DNA from: a virus
Length of the DNA: 64,000 bases
Direction: 5' to 3' (one strand)
Virus record (IMG/VR): IMGVR_UViG_3300045988_101018
Span: 32,001-96,000 of that record
The position numbers were made by a program, and so were the translations under genes. Below are positions 10,558-20,598 of the stretch, in pieces (the stretch's first letter is position 1; each line of letters starts with the position of its first letter). The notes beneath the pieces were generated by a model that saw only the letters and a program-made list of their open reading frames with translations, did no database searches and was not told the DNA's origin.

Positions 10558-11166
10558 ATGCTTAATTATATAGAATATCTTAATGTACCATCTCAAATAG
10601 CGATTGCCTTGATTGCCGTGTTGTTTGTTCTTCAGATTATTGGTGAATTTTTAAACTTCAAAGGCAAGGCAGTCCCAGAGATTATGAGTGTAAGAAAGTA
10701 TTTCGCAAGAAAGAAATCCGAGCGCAAAGTAATTAGAGAATTACCAGACACGATACAAGATTTAAAAAATATAGTTAACAATATTGATAAGCATTATAAT
10801 GCAGATAATATCTCTATGAGAGATAAATGGATTGATAGTGTTAACAATAAACTTATTATGGAAGATAAACTTGTACGTGACTTAGATAAAAAACTCGATG
10901 AAGCGAATAAAGATATAGTGTCTATTCTTGTCGATAATAAAAGAGATACTATTATAGATTTTGCATCAAGGGTTTCGAACTCTAGTGTCCTTGTCACAAA
11001 AGAACAGTTTAATAGAGTCTTTAAACTGTATAAAGAATATGAAGACCTTATCAGTAAGAATGGTCTGACTAATGGAGAAGTAGATATTGCATACCGCATT
11101 ATCGTTGAATCATATGAAGAGCACTTATCTAATCATACGTTCATTGAAGATACTCGCGGTTGGTAA
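10558..11166 (+). CDS. hypothetical membrane-anchored coiled-coil protein
   Basis: N-terminal TM (IAIALIAVLFVLQIIG) followed by a charged helical region. Confidence 0.35.
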   Translation: MLNYIEYLNVPSQIAIALIAVLFVLQIIGEFLNFKGKAVPEIMSVRKYFARKKSERKVIRELPDTIQDLKNIVNNIDKHYNADNISMRDKWIDSVNNKLIMEDKLVRDLDKKLDEANKDIVSILVDNKRDTIIDFASRVSNSSVLVTKEQFNRVFKLYKEYEDLISKNGLTNGEVDIAYRIIVESYEEHLSNHTFIEDTRGW

Positions 11167-11205
11167 CAAATATACAATGAATGTTTTATGAAATGAGGTG
11201 TCTTT

Positions 11206-11904
11206 ATGGCTTATGTGATTTTAGTAAATGAAGACAATACTTTGACTGCAAGCAAAAAGGAACGTATTATGCAAAGGTCAAAGTTGTTTAATAACCTATG
11301 GTTTCTTGCTGAGCCGACATACAACGGGTACGATATGAGTACCTGTACTGTTGTTATGGAATATATTTTACCCATTAGCAAGAAGTATCATAGCGATATT
11401 CTTGAGCTGTCAGAAGAGGGGTATCAGGAGTATCTGAAATATGTCGTTCCAATTGACAGCAAGCTAACTGCCGAGACTGGCGAGGTTGAGCTACAGCTTA
11501 CTTTTATCTATAGTGATTTAGACGAAAATGGTGAAAGTATTCAGCGTGTTCGCAAGACTTCTACTGCAAAGGTAAATATCGTCCCCATTAGTGCGTGGAG
11601 TGATATTATCCCAGATGCCGCTCTTGGTGCGCTTGACCAGAGAATCATTAAGATGGATGCTCAAATCAAAGAACTCCTCGACCTTGGTGATGCATATGAT
11701 GCGGCTAAGGCAGATAACATTGCATATGATGCAGATAAGCAGACGCTACAGCTTCTAGCTGGTGAAAACAAGATTGGCGATGAAGTTTCCCTTAACGTTG
11801 ATGGCGGTGCCGATGGCACTACTGCCGTTGACTTCTCAGACCTTGAGGTTGGAGCAGGCGTTGCAAAGCTGTTAGCGGATAGCCGCAAGGTTGTCAGTTT
11901 CTAA
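11206..11904 (+). CDS. hypothetical protein, possibly structural
   Basis: 232-aa ORF with an aggtg RBS-like sequence. Acidic C-terminal half. Confidence 0.35.
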   Translation: MAYVILVNEDNTLTASKKERIMQRSKLFNNLWFLAEPTYNGYDMSTCTVVMEYILPISKKYHSDILELSEEGYQEYLKYVVPIDSKLTAETGEVELQLTFIYSDLDENGESIQRVRKTSTAKVNIVPISAWSDIIPDAALGALDQRIIKMDAQIKELLDLGDAYDAAKADNIAYDADKQTLQLLAGENKIGDEVSLNVDGGADGTTAVDFSDLEVGAGVAKLLADSRKVVSF

Positions 11905-11940
11905 ATACACTTATATTTATTGAATAATATGAGGGTGATT

Positions 11941-11984
11941 TGTCATCCTCTTTTTTATTATTGTTTGAAAGGAGGATGACAATG
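11941..11984 (+). promoter_or_regulatory. hairpin that sequesters the RBS of the giant gene
   Basis: tgtcatcctc (11941-11950) pairs perfectly with gaggatgaca (11972-11981). The second arm overlaps the GGAGG RBS and abuts the ATG at 11982. Confidence 0.3.
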
Positions 11985-14900
11985 GGTTTATCTTTTAAAG
12001 ACTCGTTAAATAAAGTTAAAGAAAACAATAATGCGAGAATGATAAATAATAACATTTCTCCTATGTCTCTTGATGATGATGTGTCAGCATATGATGACAT
12101 CTCTCTTACATCTCTTGATGATGAATCCGCTGTCGCTGCGGCTTCTGATTCACTAGAAGGTTGGACTCGCAGCAGTAATTACCTATATTACGAAGAGTAT
12201 TCAGATGATAACATTTCAAATGTTGACGATTTGAAGAACGTCTTAATCGACAAGAAGCAAATTAACCTTACACAAGAATCGAATTCTCAGTATATCCCAT
12301 TTAAGATGCCGCGTAGATATGATGGCTTTGACCTTCTCAATACGACCATCATTATTCATTATGTTAATAAAGACGGATATGAAGACCGCAGCAACGTTGT
12401 AAACGTATATTATAATGAAGAGTATATTAAATTTGGTTGGCTTGTCAATAAGAATGCAACAGCCGTTGAAGGCACTCTTGAGTTTGAGATTATTGCGTCT
12501 GGCGTAAACTCAAAGGGCGATGAGTATGTATGGAAGACAAAGCCGAATAATCAGCTAAGCGTTCTTAAGTCTCTTGCTGGCAATGGAGCTATTGAGCCTG
12601 ATAATACATGGATTACAAGCTTTATGACTCAGGTGAATGAGAAGGTTGCGGAAGCCCAGCGTTATGCGCAGGAAGCGAAGACAACTGTTGACGGTATTTC
12701 TGATTACGCCGATAAAGCTGAAGCGTCTGCCAACAAAGCTCAGCAGGTTGTTGATACGGCAAAGACTCAGCTTGAGGGTACAGTCGGCGATGCTGTAAAC
12801 AACAAGGTCGATGCCGCTTTGTCATCTTATTATACCAAGAAGCAGGTTGACGATATCGTTCACAATATTGATATTTCAGACCAGCTTGAAGAAGTGAAGC
12901 AGCAGATTGCCAATCTTGATGGCCTTGCTAAATTCAATGTCACATATGACGGCAGTGAAATGACATTCTATAATGGTGAAGCCGTGATGAAGAAAATTGC
13001 AATCACGAGTAACCCAACCGAGGAATGGACTAATAACTATACTGCTTCTATTGAAGGCAAGATTAATACTGCTAAGTCTGAAATTCAAAGTAGTGCAGAC
13101 GAGAAGTTCGCTACAAAAGCCAGTCTGAATTCTGCAAATGCAAATATCTCAGCTGTTATATCTACCGCGAATGCAAACAAGGAAAATGTGACCAAGCTTG
13201 GTGATAAGGTTGCTAAGTTTGAGGAAACTGTTAACGGTCTTGATACCTCACCTCGTTTGACATATGATGCCACATATGATGAAGAGCAGACTTATACTCT
13301 TTGGGAAATCCAAAATGAGGGTAAAGAGAACGAGAAGAAAGAGCCGAAAGCTCAGTTCAAGATTCAAGGCGGTGGCGGTGGCGGTGGCACCAGCAGTATC
13401 TTGAAGATTACATATATCACCACGACTCCCGTTGTGGCGACACTAGATGATAAGATTATCATTAAATATAATTTTTCAAGAACAGACTCCTCTGGTGACG
13501 TTGGTGGCGATGGTGCTGCAACGTGGAAGGTTGACGGCTCTATTGTTGCTACGAATACCGCTGCATCTGGTGAGAATTCTTTTGATATCACCGACCATAT
13601 TACGGTAGGCACGCACAAGGTTAACCTTAGTATCGTTGACGATGCTGGCAGTCTTGTGACTAAGACTTGGACTGTTCAGAGGGTCGATGTAAGACTTGAA
13701 TCTTCCTTTAATGATACCTTTACCTATCCTATTGGAAAAGTATCTTTCGATTATACTCCATATGGTGCCATTCAAAAGAGAGTACATTTTGTTTTAGACG
13801 GCAAAGAAATCGGAACTGTGGATACCACTGTGTCTGGTGTTCCTTTGGCATATGAACTTCCCGCTCAGACACATGGCGCTCATTTACTCGAAGTGTATAT
13901 GACGGCAGAAATTAACGGTAAGGCAGTTGAATCTAATCATATTATCAAAGATATTATTTGGTATGATTCAGCAAGTGATAAGCCTGTAATTGGATGTGTT
14001 AAGCAGAAGTTTACAGCCAAGCAGTACGATACGGCAAACATTGTGTATACCGTATACGACCCATCCACTGAAGCCCCACAGGTTACGCTTGCTGTTGATG
14101 GAAAGACCGTCTCAACGCTGACAATTGATAGTAATACTCAGACGTGGCAGTTTAAGCCTTCTGATGTTGGCACACATACGCTTACAATTACTTGTCGTGA
14201 TACTGTTAAGACTTTAACGGTAACTGTTGAAAAACTTGATATTGATGTTGAGCCTGTTACTGCTGGTCTTGCATTTGATTTCAATCCCGTTGGTAAGTCT
14301 AATAACGATACCGATAGATTGTGGTCTGATGGCGATGTTGCCATGACCGTATCTGATAATTTCGACTGGGTTAACGGTGGATATCAGATTGATGATAATG
14401 GCGATCAATACTTTGGCGTTAAGGCTGGAACTACGGCAACTATTTCCTATAATCTTTTTGCAGATGATGCCAAGAAGAATGGTAAGGAATTTAAATTGAT
14501 TTTCAAGACAACAAATGTTGCGAAGAGCAATGCTACATTCTTGACTTGTCAGTCTGGTACTACGTCTAATGTCGGCCTTCAGATGAATGTACATGAAGCA
14601 TACATTAAATCAAGTGCGAAGTCTTTGTATATCCCGTATAGCGAGGAAGATGTTATCGAGTGGGAGTTCAATATCAATAAGGATACCGACATTCCCATTG
14701 TCATGTCTTATGAAGATGGTACGCCGTGCCGTCCTATGAGCTATACAGGCGATTATTCATTTACTCAGGACTCTCCCGTACCGATTACCATTGGCTCTCC
14801 TGATTGCGATGTTTTGATTTATCGTATGAAGGCATATAATACAAGCCTTACAAGCTCGGCAATTTTGTCTAATTTTATTGCGGATGCACGTACTGCAACC

Positions 14901-17900
14901 GAGATGATTGCTCGCTATACACGTAACCAGATTTATGATGAGAACAAGCTTTTGACTCCTGAGTCTGTTGCCAATGCTTGTCCTAATATGCGTGTTATCA
15001 AGATTGAAGCTCCGCATTTCACCAATAACAAGAAGGACTTTGTAGCCAATACATCTTTCGAATGCATCTATAAGAATGGTGACGCAGTTCTTGACAACTG
15101 GAAGTTTGAGAATTGCTATCATTCTGGACAAGGCACTACATCAAATGAGTATGGTGCAGCTGGTCGTAACATCGACCTTATTGCTGGTTTTGATGGCAAG
15201 CATCAGGTGAGTAGCAAGATTGAGCTAGACCCAAATTATATTACAAAGCTTACGCTTGGCGATGGTAGTGTTGTTACTGACGGCTCTGGCAAGATTGCCC
15301 TTACTAGAACCTCTGTGCCTAATAACTGGTTCAACGTCAAAGTCAATATCGCAAGCTCCGAGATGGTGAACAACGCATATCTTCAGAAGAGATATAATGA
15401 TTATATCCCATATGCTACTCCTGCAACTCGTAGAGATTCTAAGATTAAGAACGACATGGAGTTCGTTAACTGCGTTGTGTTCATTAAGGAAAGCGACACA
15501 GATTTAACTACACACAGGGAATTCCAAGATACCTCATGGCATTTCTACGCCTTGGGCAACATCGGTGACTCTAAGAAGACAGATGTTACAAGAGCGTATG
15601 ACCCAGACGATATGAAAGAATTCGCTGTTGAGATTAGCGATAATACATTGCCTAATTCCATCTTCCAAACTGGCGTTGCCAATCCTGATGGTTCTATGAA
15701 ATATCCTATCACAAAAGCTGAATGGGTTGCTGGCAATACAGCATATGACGCTTTGTATAATGATTGGGATGGTTCGTTTGAGTTTAGGTACGATTGTTGC
15801 GGAGACTCAAAAGACGGCGAAGCTATTTCAAGCAGCGAGGAAAAGACTAAAATCAGAACGAAGAATAAACAGATTTGGCGAGACTTCTATGAGTTCGTAA
15901 TTACATCTACAGATGAGGAATTCAAGAACAATCTCAAGAATTGGTTTATTGTTGATTCTGCTACATACTTCTATCTATTCACGCTTAGATATACGATGAT
16001 AGACAACAGAAGTAAGAATACCTTCTGGCATTGGGCTAAGCATTATATTACAACGGCAGAAGCGGCAACGCTTGGCGATAAAGCTGCTTATTATACTGTT
16101 GACGATGAAGCCGCTGACATCAATAACGGATATCGTTTTGATCTCTGGGACTATGATAATGATAGCGCTTTGGGCATCAACAACAGCGGTGAGCTTACCA
16201 TGACTTATGGTAAGGAAGATACCGATTATCGCACAGATGGAGATAAGTCTTCTGGCTATATCTTCAATGCTGCTGAGTCCGTATTCTTCTGTCGTGTTCG
16301 TGACCTAATGGGTTCTGAGCTTCAGAAGATGTACGTAAGCCGTGAAAGTAAAAACTGTTGGAGCGCTTCTTCGCTTATCAATCAGTTCGATGAGAAACAG
16401 AATGAATGGTGCGAAGAGCTTTGGCGCGTTGACTATGTGCGTAAATACGAACGTCCTTATAAGGATGGCAACACTCGCTTCCTTGAGCAGATGATGAATG
16501 GCAAGAAGAAGTATCAGCGTAGACAGTTCGAGCGTGACCAAGAGATGTATATGGCAACTAAGTTCATTGGCAATACCGCTACATCTGACCAAATTATGTT
16601 TAGATGTAACACTCCAAAGGATGCCGTTGTCGCACCTAACTATACTCTTCATCTCACTCCATTTGCAGACATGTATCTGTCTGTAATGTTCGGCAATTCC
16701 TCTCCTACTCAGGTAAGGGCAAAAGCTGGCAAACAGTATGATATCACATGCCCATATGATACGATGGACGATACGGCTGTGCTTATCTATGGCGCATCTA
16801 GGATTCAGTCTGTCGGCGATGTGTCTGCTTGCTATATTCATGACAATGACTTCTCTAAGGCTGAAAAGCTAAAGGAGCTTATTATCGGTAACGCAACAGA
16901 AGGTTATTCTAACACCTTCTTGACGAACCTCGTTATCGGCAACAACAAGCTTCTTGAGAAACTTGATATCAGAAACACCCCAAACCTTGTAAGCAGCTTG
17001 GACTTCTCAAAGTGTATGAACCTTGAGGAGCTTTACGCTTCTGGCTCTGGTCTGAAAGGTGTTTTGTTTGCAAGCGGTGGCAGTATCAGGTTGGCTCAGT
17101 TACCTGACACCCTTACATCTATCAACATGAAGAATCTAATGTACCTAACCAATCTTTCTATTGCTGGGTACGATTCAATCTCTACGCTTATCATAGAGAA
17201 TTGTAATACGATAGATGTTAAAGATTTGCTTAATAAAGCTAAGAACGTCAACAGGGTTCGAATTACTGGTATCGATTGGAGTCTCGAAGACACGTCTCTT
17301 CTTGATAGAATCTACAAGATGTCTGGTATCGATAAGAACGGATACAATGTCGATAAGGCTGTGTTGGCTGGCACGGTACACGTTCCTATTGTAAAGCAGC
17401 AGCAGTTGTATGATTATCAGGAAGCATGGCCTGATTTAGAGATTATATTCAATACGATGGTTGAGCAGTTTATTGTCAAGTTCGTAAACTATGATGATGC
17501 TGTTCTTGATACGCAGTATGTCGATAAGGGCGGCAATGCCGTTGACCCGATAACGAGAGTAGACAATCCTATCGACACGCCCACCAAGCCAAGCTCCGTA
17601 AGCACAGACTTTACGTTTGAAGCATGGGATTTGCCGTTGACTGGCATCTTTAGTGATAGAACAATAAAGGCAACGTATAGCGAAACAACGAGACGCTATA
17701 CTATTAAGTATGTTTCCCGTGGTGTAACGCTTCAGGAGTCTACTGGCTTGTATGGTGAGAATGTTGAATACACTGGTGCAATTCCCACTTACACCCTTGA
17801 GGAAAACGCATATAAATATTATATGTTTGATAGGTGGGATAAGAGCGGTTTTATTGACGGAGATAAGACCGTAAATGCAATATTCGATACGTTTACATAT

Positions 17901-19127
17901 ACTCCAACTGCCCTTGCTGGCAAAGAGCTAAAGGATATGCGACCTGTTGAGGTTTATGCCATTACAAAACTAGGTCTTGATAATTCTGGTGCCAACATTC
18001 AGGCTGGTGACGCATATTCGTTTAATATGGGATATGATATTGATTATGATGATATCACATCGAAAACAGTTATCTCTGAGAAAACCGTTTTTGCTGGCAA
18101 GAATTATGTTGATACAGGAATCAAGCTTTTTGATACCGACAAAGATTTCGTATTGGCAATTGATTATAAATTCTTAAGCGGCACATCTGAAAAAAGCGTC
18201 CTTGCCCAATGTTTCCAGTCAAATGGTTCAAACGGATTTAAGTTGTGGTCTAATAGCGGAATCAAGATGAGCTGGGGTACGTCTTCGACTAGTGCTGGTT
18301 CTGTTGGCAGCCGTGACATGGTTGTACTTAGACACAAAAAAGGTGACAATAATATCTATGTATATTATTCTAACCTTAATGGCGGCGAACCCGATATTAT
18401 AAAGCTTGAAAGAACAAAGTCAACAATCATAGATAGCACTCTTGTATTCGGCTGTTCTAAGGCTGACGATGGCGCATATGAGAACTATGCTGTCGGCAAC
18501 GTGTATTGGAGCAAGATTTGGTACGAAGACCTTGGCGATGCAGTCTGCAAGAAGCTCGCTGGTTGGACGCATGAGAACATAGCGCTTGAGGTATGTAGTT
18601 TTAAAAAATACTATCTCAGCAATGAGCCGTCTAAGCGTTGTACGTTCAGCTTGCTTGCAAAGCACCTTCTTGACAGAAAGCGCGTATTTAATGAGAACGG
18701 AAGCAACGCTGGCGGTTGGACTAGCTCTGACCTGAATAGTTTCTTGAATACAAGATTCTATGAAGCATTGCCTGTAAAGATTAAACTTCTCATTAAGCAG
18801 GTCACGGTTAACTCTTCTATCGGCAATGGATCAAAAGAGCTTAGCGCATCTCAATGCTACGTCTCCATTCCTGCCGCTATCGAGCTTAGTAATTCATATG
18901 AAGTCAGCGGAGAGCCATTTGTTAACGAGGGTGAAATCATTTCTTATATGACATCTAATGATGCTAGGAAGCGTGCAGCTGTCGATGGCGATTACACGCC
19001 TTACTGGACTCGCTCACAGAACGTTTCGTATACAAATTATATCTATACGGTAAACGAGCAGGGCGATCTATATGGATTCAATACAGCTGGAACACAAAAC
19101 GGCGTATTGATTGAGATTTCTTTCTAA
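11982..19127 (+). CDS. giant (2382-aa) multi-domain tail fibre / host-adhesion protein
   Basis: ATG after gaaaggagg. The track ORF from 11940 has no RBS. Contains a Gly run, an LRR-like segment (17000-17300, L-x-x-L-x-L pattern) and a LamG/jelly-roll-like segment near the C-terminus (KLWSNSGIKMSWGT...VYYSNLNGGEP...VFGCSKADDG). Confidence 0.6.
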   Translation: MGLSFKDSLNKVKENNNARMINNNISPMSLDDDVSAYDDISLTSLDDESAVAAASDSLEGWTRSSNYLYYEEYSDDNISNVDDLKNVLIDKKQINLTQESNSQYIPFKMPRRYDGFDLLNTTIIIHYVNKDGYEDRSNVVNVYYNEEYIKFGWLVNKNATAVEGTLEFEIIASGVNSKGDEYVWKTKPNNQLSVLKSLAGNGAIEPDNTWITSFMTQVNEKVAEAQRYAQEAKTTVDGISDYADKAEASANKAQQVVDTAKTQLEGTVGDAVNNKVDAALSSYYTKKQVDDIVHNIDISDQLEEVKQQIANLDGLAKFNVTYDGSEMTFYNGEAVMKKIAITSNPTEEWTNNYTASIEGKINTAKSEIQSSADEKFATKASLNSANANISAVISTANANKENVTKLGDKVAKFEETVNGLDTSPRLTYDATYDEEQTYTLWEIQNEGKENEKKEPKAQFKIQGGGGGGGTSSILKITYITTTPVVATLDDKIIIKYNFSRTDSSGDVGGDGAATWKVDGSIVATNTAASGENSFDITDHITVGTHKVNLSIVDDAGSLVTKTWTVQRVDVRLESSFNDTFTYPIGKVSFDYTPYGAIQKRVHFVLDGKEIGTVDTTVSGVPLAYELPAQTHGAHLLEVYMTAEINGKAVESNHIIKDIIWYDSASDKPVIGCVKQKFTAKQYDTANIVYTVYDPSTEAPQVTLAVDGKTVSTLTIDSNTQTWQFKPSDVGTHTLTITCRDTVKTLTVTVEKLDIDVEPVTAGLAFDFNPVGKSNNDTDRLWSDGDVAMTVSDNFDWVNGGYQIDDNGDQYFGVKAGTTATISYNLFADDAKKNGKEFKLIFKTTNVAKSNATFLTCQSGTTSNVGLQMNVHEAYIKSSAKSLYIPYSEEDVIEWEFNINKDTDIPIVMSYEDGTPCRPMSYTGDYSFTQDSPVPITIGSPDCDVLIYRMKAYNTSLTSSAILSNFIADARTATEMIARYTRNQIYDENKLLTPESVANACPNMRVIKIEAPHFTNNKKDFVANTSFECIYKNGDAVLDNWKFENCYHSGQGTTSNEYGAAGRNIDLIAGFDGKHQVSSKIELDPNYITKLTLGDGSVVTDGSGKIALTRTSVPNNWFNVKVNIASSEMVNNAYLQKRYNDYIPYATPATRRDSKIKNDMEFVNCVVFIKESDTDLTTHREFQDTSWHFYALGNIGDSKKTDVTRAYDPDDMKEFAVEISDNTLPNSIFQTGVANPDGSMKYPITKAEWVAGNTAYDALYNDWDGSFEFRYDCCGDSKDGEAISSSEEKTKIRTKNKQIWRDFYEFVITSTDEEFKNNLKNWFIVDSATYFYLFTLRYTMIDNRSKNTFWHWAKHYITTAEAATLGDKAAYYTVDDEAADINNGYRFDLWDYDNDSALGINNSGELTMTYGKEDTDYRTDGDKSSGYIFNAAESVFFCRVRDLMGSELQKMYVSRESKNCWSASSLINQFDEKQNEWCEELWRVDYVRKYERPYKDGNTRFLEQMMNGKKKYQRRQFERDQEMYMATKFIGNTATSDQIMFRCNTPKDAVVAPNYTLHLTPFADMYLSVMFGNSSPTQVRAKAGKQYDITCPYDTMDDTAVLIYGASRIQSVGDVSACYIHDNDFSKAEKLKELIIGNATEGYSNTFLTNLVIGNNKLLEKLDIRNTPNLVSSLDFSKCMNLEELYASGSGLKGVLFASGGSIRLAQLPDTLTSINMKNLMYLTNLSIAGYDSISTLIIENCNTIDVKDLLNKAKNVNRVRITGIDWSLEDTSLLDRIYKMSGIDKNGYNVDKAVLAGTVHVPIVKQQQLYDYQEAWPDLEIIFNTMVEQFIVKFVNYDDAVLDTQYVDKGGNAVDPITRVDNPIDTPTKPSSVSTDFTFEAWDLPLTGIFSDRTIKATYSETTRRYTIKYVSRGVTLQESTGLYGENVEYTGAIPTYTLEENAYKYYMFDRWDKSGFIDGDKTVNAIFDTFTYTPTALAGKELKDMRPVEVYAITKLGLDNSGANIQAGDAYSFNMGYDIDYDDITSKTVISEKTVFAGKNYVDTGIKLFDTDKDFVLAIDYKFLSGTSEKSVLAQCFQSNGSNGFKLWSNSGIKMSWGTSSTSAGSVGSRDMVVLRHKKGDNNIYVYYSNLNGGEPDIIKLERTKSTIIDSTLVFGCSKADDGAYENYAVGNVYWSKIWYEDLGDAVCKKLAGWTHENIALEVCSFKKYYLSNEPSKRCTFSLLAKHLLDRKRVFNENGSNAGGWTSSDLNSFLNTRFYEALPVKIKLLIKQVTVNSSIGNGSKELSASQCYVSIPAAIELSNSYEVSGEPFVNEGEIISYMTSNDARKRAAVDGDYTPYWTRSQNVSYTNYIYTVNEQGDLYGFNTAGTQNGVLIEISF

Positions 19128-19138
19128 TTATATTGCAA

Positions 19139-19169
19139 GGGTGTCACTGAAATATGTGACACCCTTTTT
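19139..19169 (+). terminator. rho-independent terminator after the giant gene
   Basis: gggtgtcac - tgaaatat - gtgacaccc followed by ttttt. Confidence 0.7.
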
Positions 19170-19183
19170 AATGAGGTGAGCGC

Positions 19184-19498
19184 ATGTTCTACAAGGTCGT
19201 AAAAGACGGCAAAGTTGTTGATGTGCTTGACAGACTCATATACCTAAAGTATCAGGAGAAGTATGACCGTATGATATTCTGCGATGAAGAGGAAGCGCAG
19301 GCTATCTATTCTTCTGATGGCAAACATATTTGGCATGAAGAATCGTTATATCGAATTCCAGTTGACGGATATGATACCGTTCAATTGGAAGAGGTTGACG
19401 AATACGAATATGAACAGCTAAAGGTTCTTAATATGAAAACCCCAGAGGAAATTATTGACGCATATACAGCTATGCTATTAAGCGATGGGGTGATTTAA
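19184..19498 (+). CDS. hypothetical protein
   Basis: 104-aa ORF after the terminator. The RBS-like gaggtgag lies upstream. Confidence 0.4.
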   Translation: MFYKVVKDGKVVDVLDRLIYLKYQEKYDRMIFCDEEEAQAIYSSDGKHIWHEESLYRIPVDGYDTVQLEEVDEYEYEQLKVLNMKTPEEIIDAYTAMLLSDGVI

Positions 19499-19627
19499 AT
19501 GAATCAGTTTGTAGAGTCTTTAAAGCGCCTATATGACAACCACACCATTAAAGAGACAAAGGTTGTTTCTTTATACAATAACAATAAAATAACGAAAGAC
19601 GAAATGATATATATCTTGGGAAAATAG
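19499..19627 (+). CDS. small hypothetical ORF (42 aa)
   Basis: The ATG overlaps the upstream stop (TAAATG). Weak evidence. Confidence 0.2.
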   Translation: MNQFVESLKRLYDNHTIKETKVVSLYNNNKITKDEMIYILGK

Positions 19628-19711
19628 ATATATACCACCCTTCTTTTTGAAAAAATAGTCGATATGGCTGTTTTAATATGTAACTGCTAACACAATAAAA
19701 GGAGGTACTGT

Positions 19712-20071
19712 ATGGCGATTAAATCAAAGAACGCATTCGGTAGCAAGGCAAACATTGAGACTGCTAAAACCAATGGGATGATTGACGAGTATGATATTCT
19801 TTATCTTGACGATGGCGAAATCGCTTGGCTAGACAAGAGCAAGAATACTGTTATCAACACTCCTCGCACTCAGGAAGATATTGTTGTCTCGTCTGTCGAT
19901 AGCTTTGATGAGACTGATGGCAACAAGATTGTCGCTGGCAAGACGCTAGAGGAAGCTATCAAGATTGTCGCAAATTCCGTTTTGCCGAAAGTCCAAGAGA
20001 AAACCCTACAGTCTGCAAAGGATTATGCCGATACCGTTGCTGGCGGGAGTGTTGACGTAGTAGAGTTTTAA
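19712..20071 (+). CDS. hypothetical small structural protein
   Basis: Strong RBS aaaggaggt upstream. 119 aa. Confidence 0.45.
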   Translation: MAIKSKNAFGSKANIETAKTNGMIDEYDILYLDDGEIAWLDKSKNTVINTPRTQEDIVVSSVDSFDETDGNKIVAGKTLEEAIKIVANSVLPKVQEKTLQSAKDYADTVAGGSVDVVEF

Positions 20072-20095
20072 CCCTGATTTTGGAGGTAATAAAAT

Positions 20096-20587
20096 ATGGC
20101 AGATACGGCGAATAAAGCCCCAATGTCAGTCGTTGTGACTACCTCCGAAAGACTGTCTAGTTTGTTGATTCAGAATGGTCAGCTTGTATTTGTAAAAGAC
20201 AAGCGTAGAATTGCGTTTGACTGGAATGACAAAAGAACATTCTATAATCAAATCACGGAGTTGGAAACAGATTACGAGAGGATGTCAACTTCCTCCCCGT
20301 CTGATGGATACTATTTTGTTATCGAAACTGCTATTCTTTGGCGATACGATAACGGCTGGACTCAGATAACAACTAAGCCAGATGATATAGTATTCATAGG
20401 TGCTGAACTGCCAGAATTGGGGCAAGCCAAAGAAAAAACACTATATGTTGACAAAACAAAAAAAGAAATATCTGTTTATGATAAGGCCGCGAATTCATAT
20501 GTCGTGGTGGCGAACAAAACAGATGGTTCTGGTGGCGGGTCTATCGATACCGTCACAAATGATGATATTGATTCTCTTTTTAAATAG
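20096..20587 (+). CDS. hypothetical structural protein
   Basis: RBS ggaggt upstream. 163 aa. Confidence 0.45.
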   Translation: MADTANKAPMSVVVTTSERLSSLLIQNGQLVFVKDKRRIAFDWNDKRTFYNQITELETDYERMSTSSPSDGYYFVIETAILWRYDNGWTQITTKPDDIVFIGAELPELGQAKEKTLYVDKTKKEISVYDKAANSYVVVANKTDGSGGGSIDTVTNDDIDSLFK

Positions 20588-20598
20588 GAGGAAAATTT

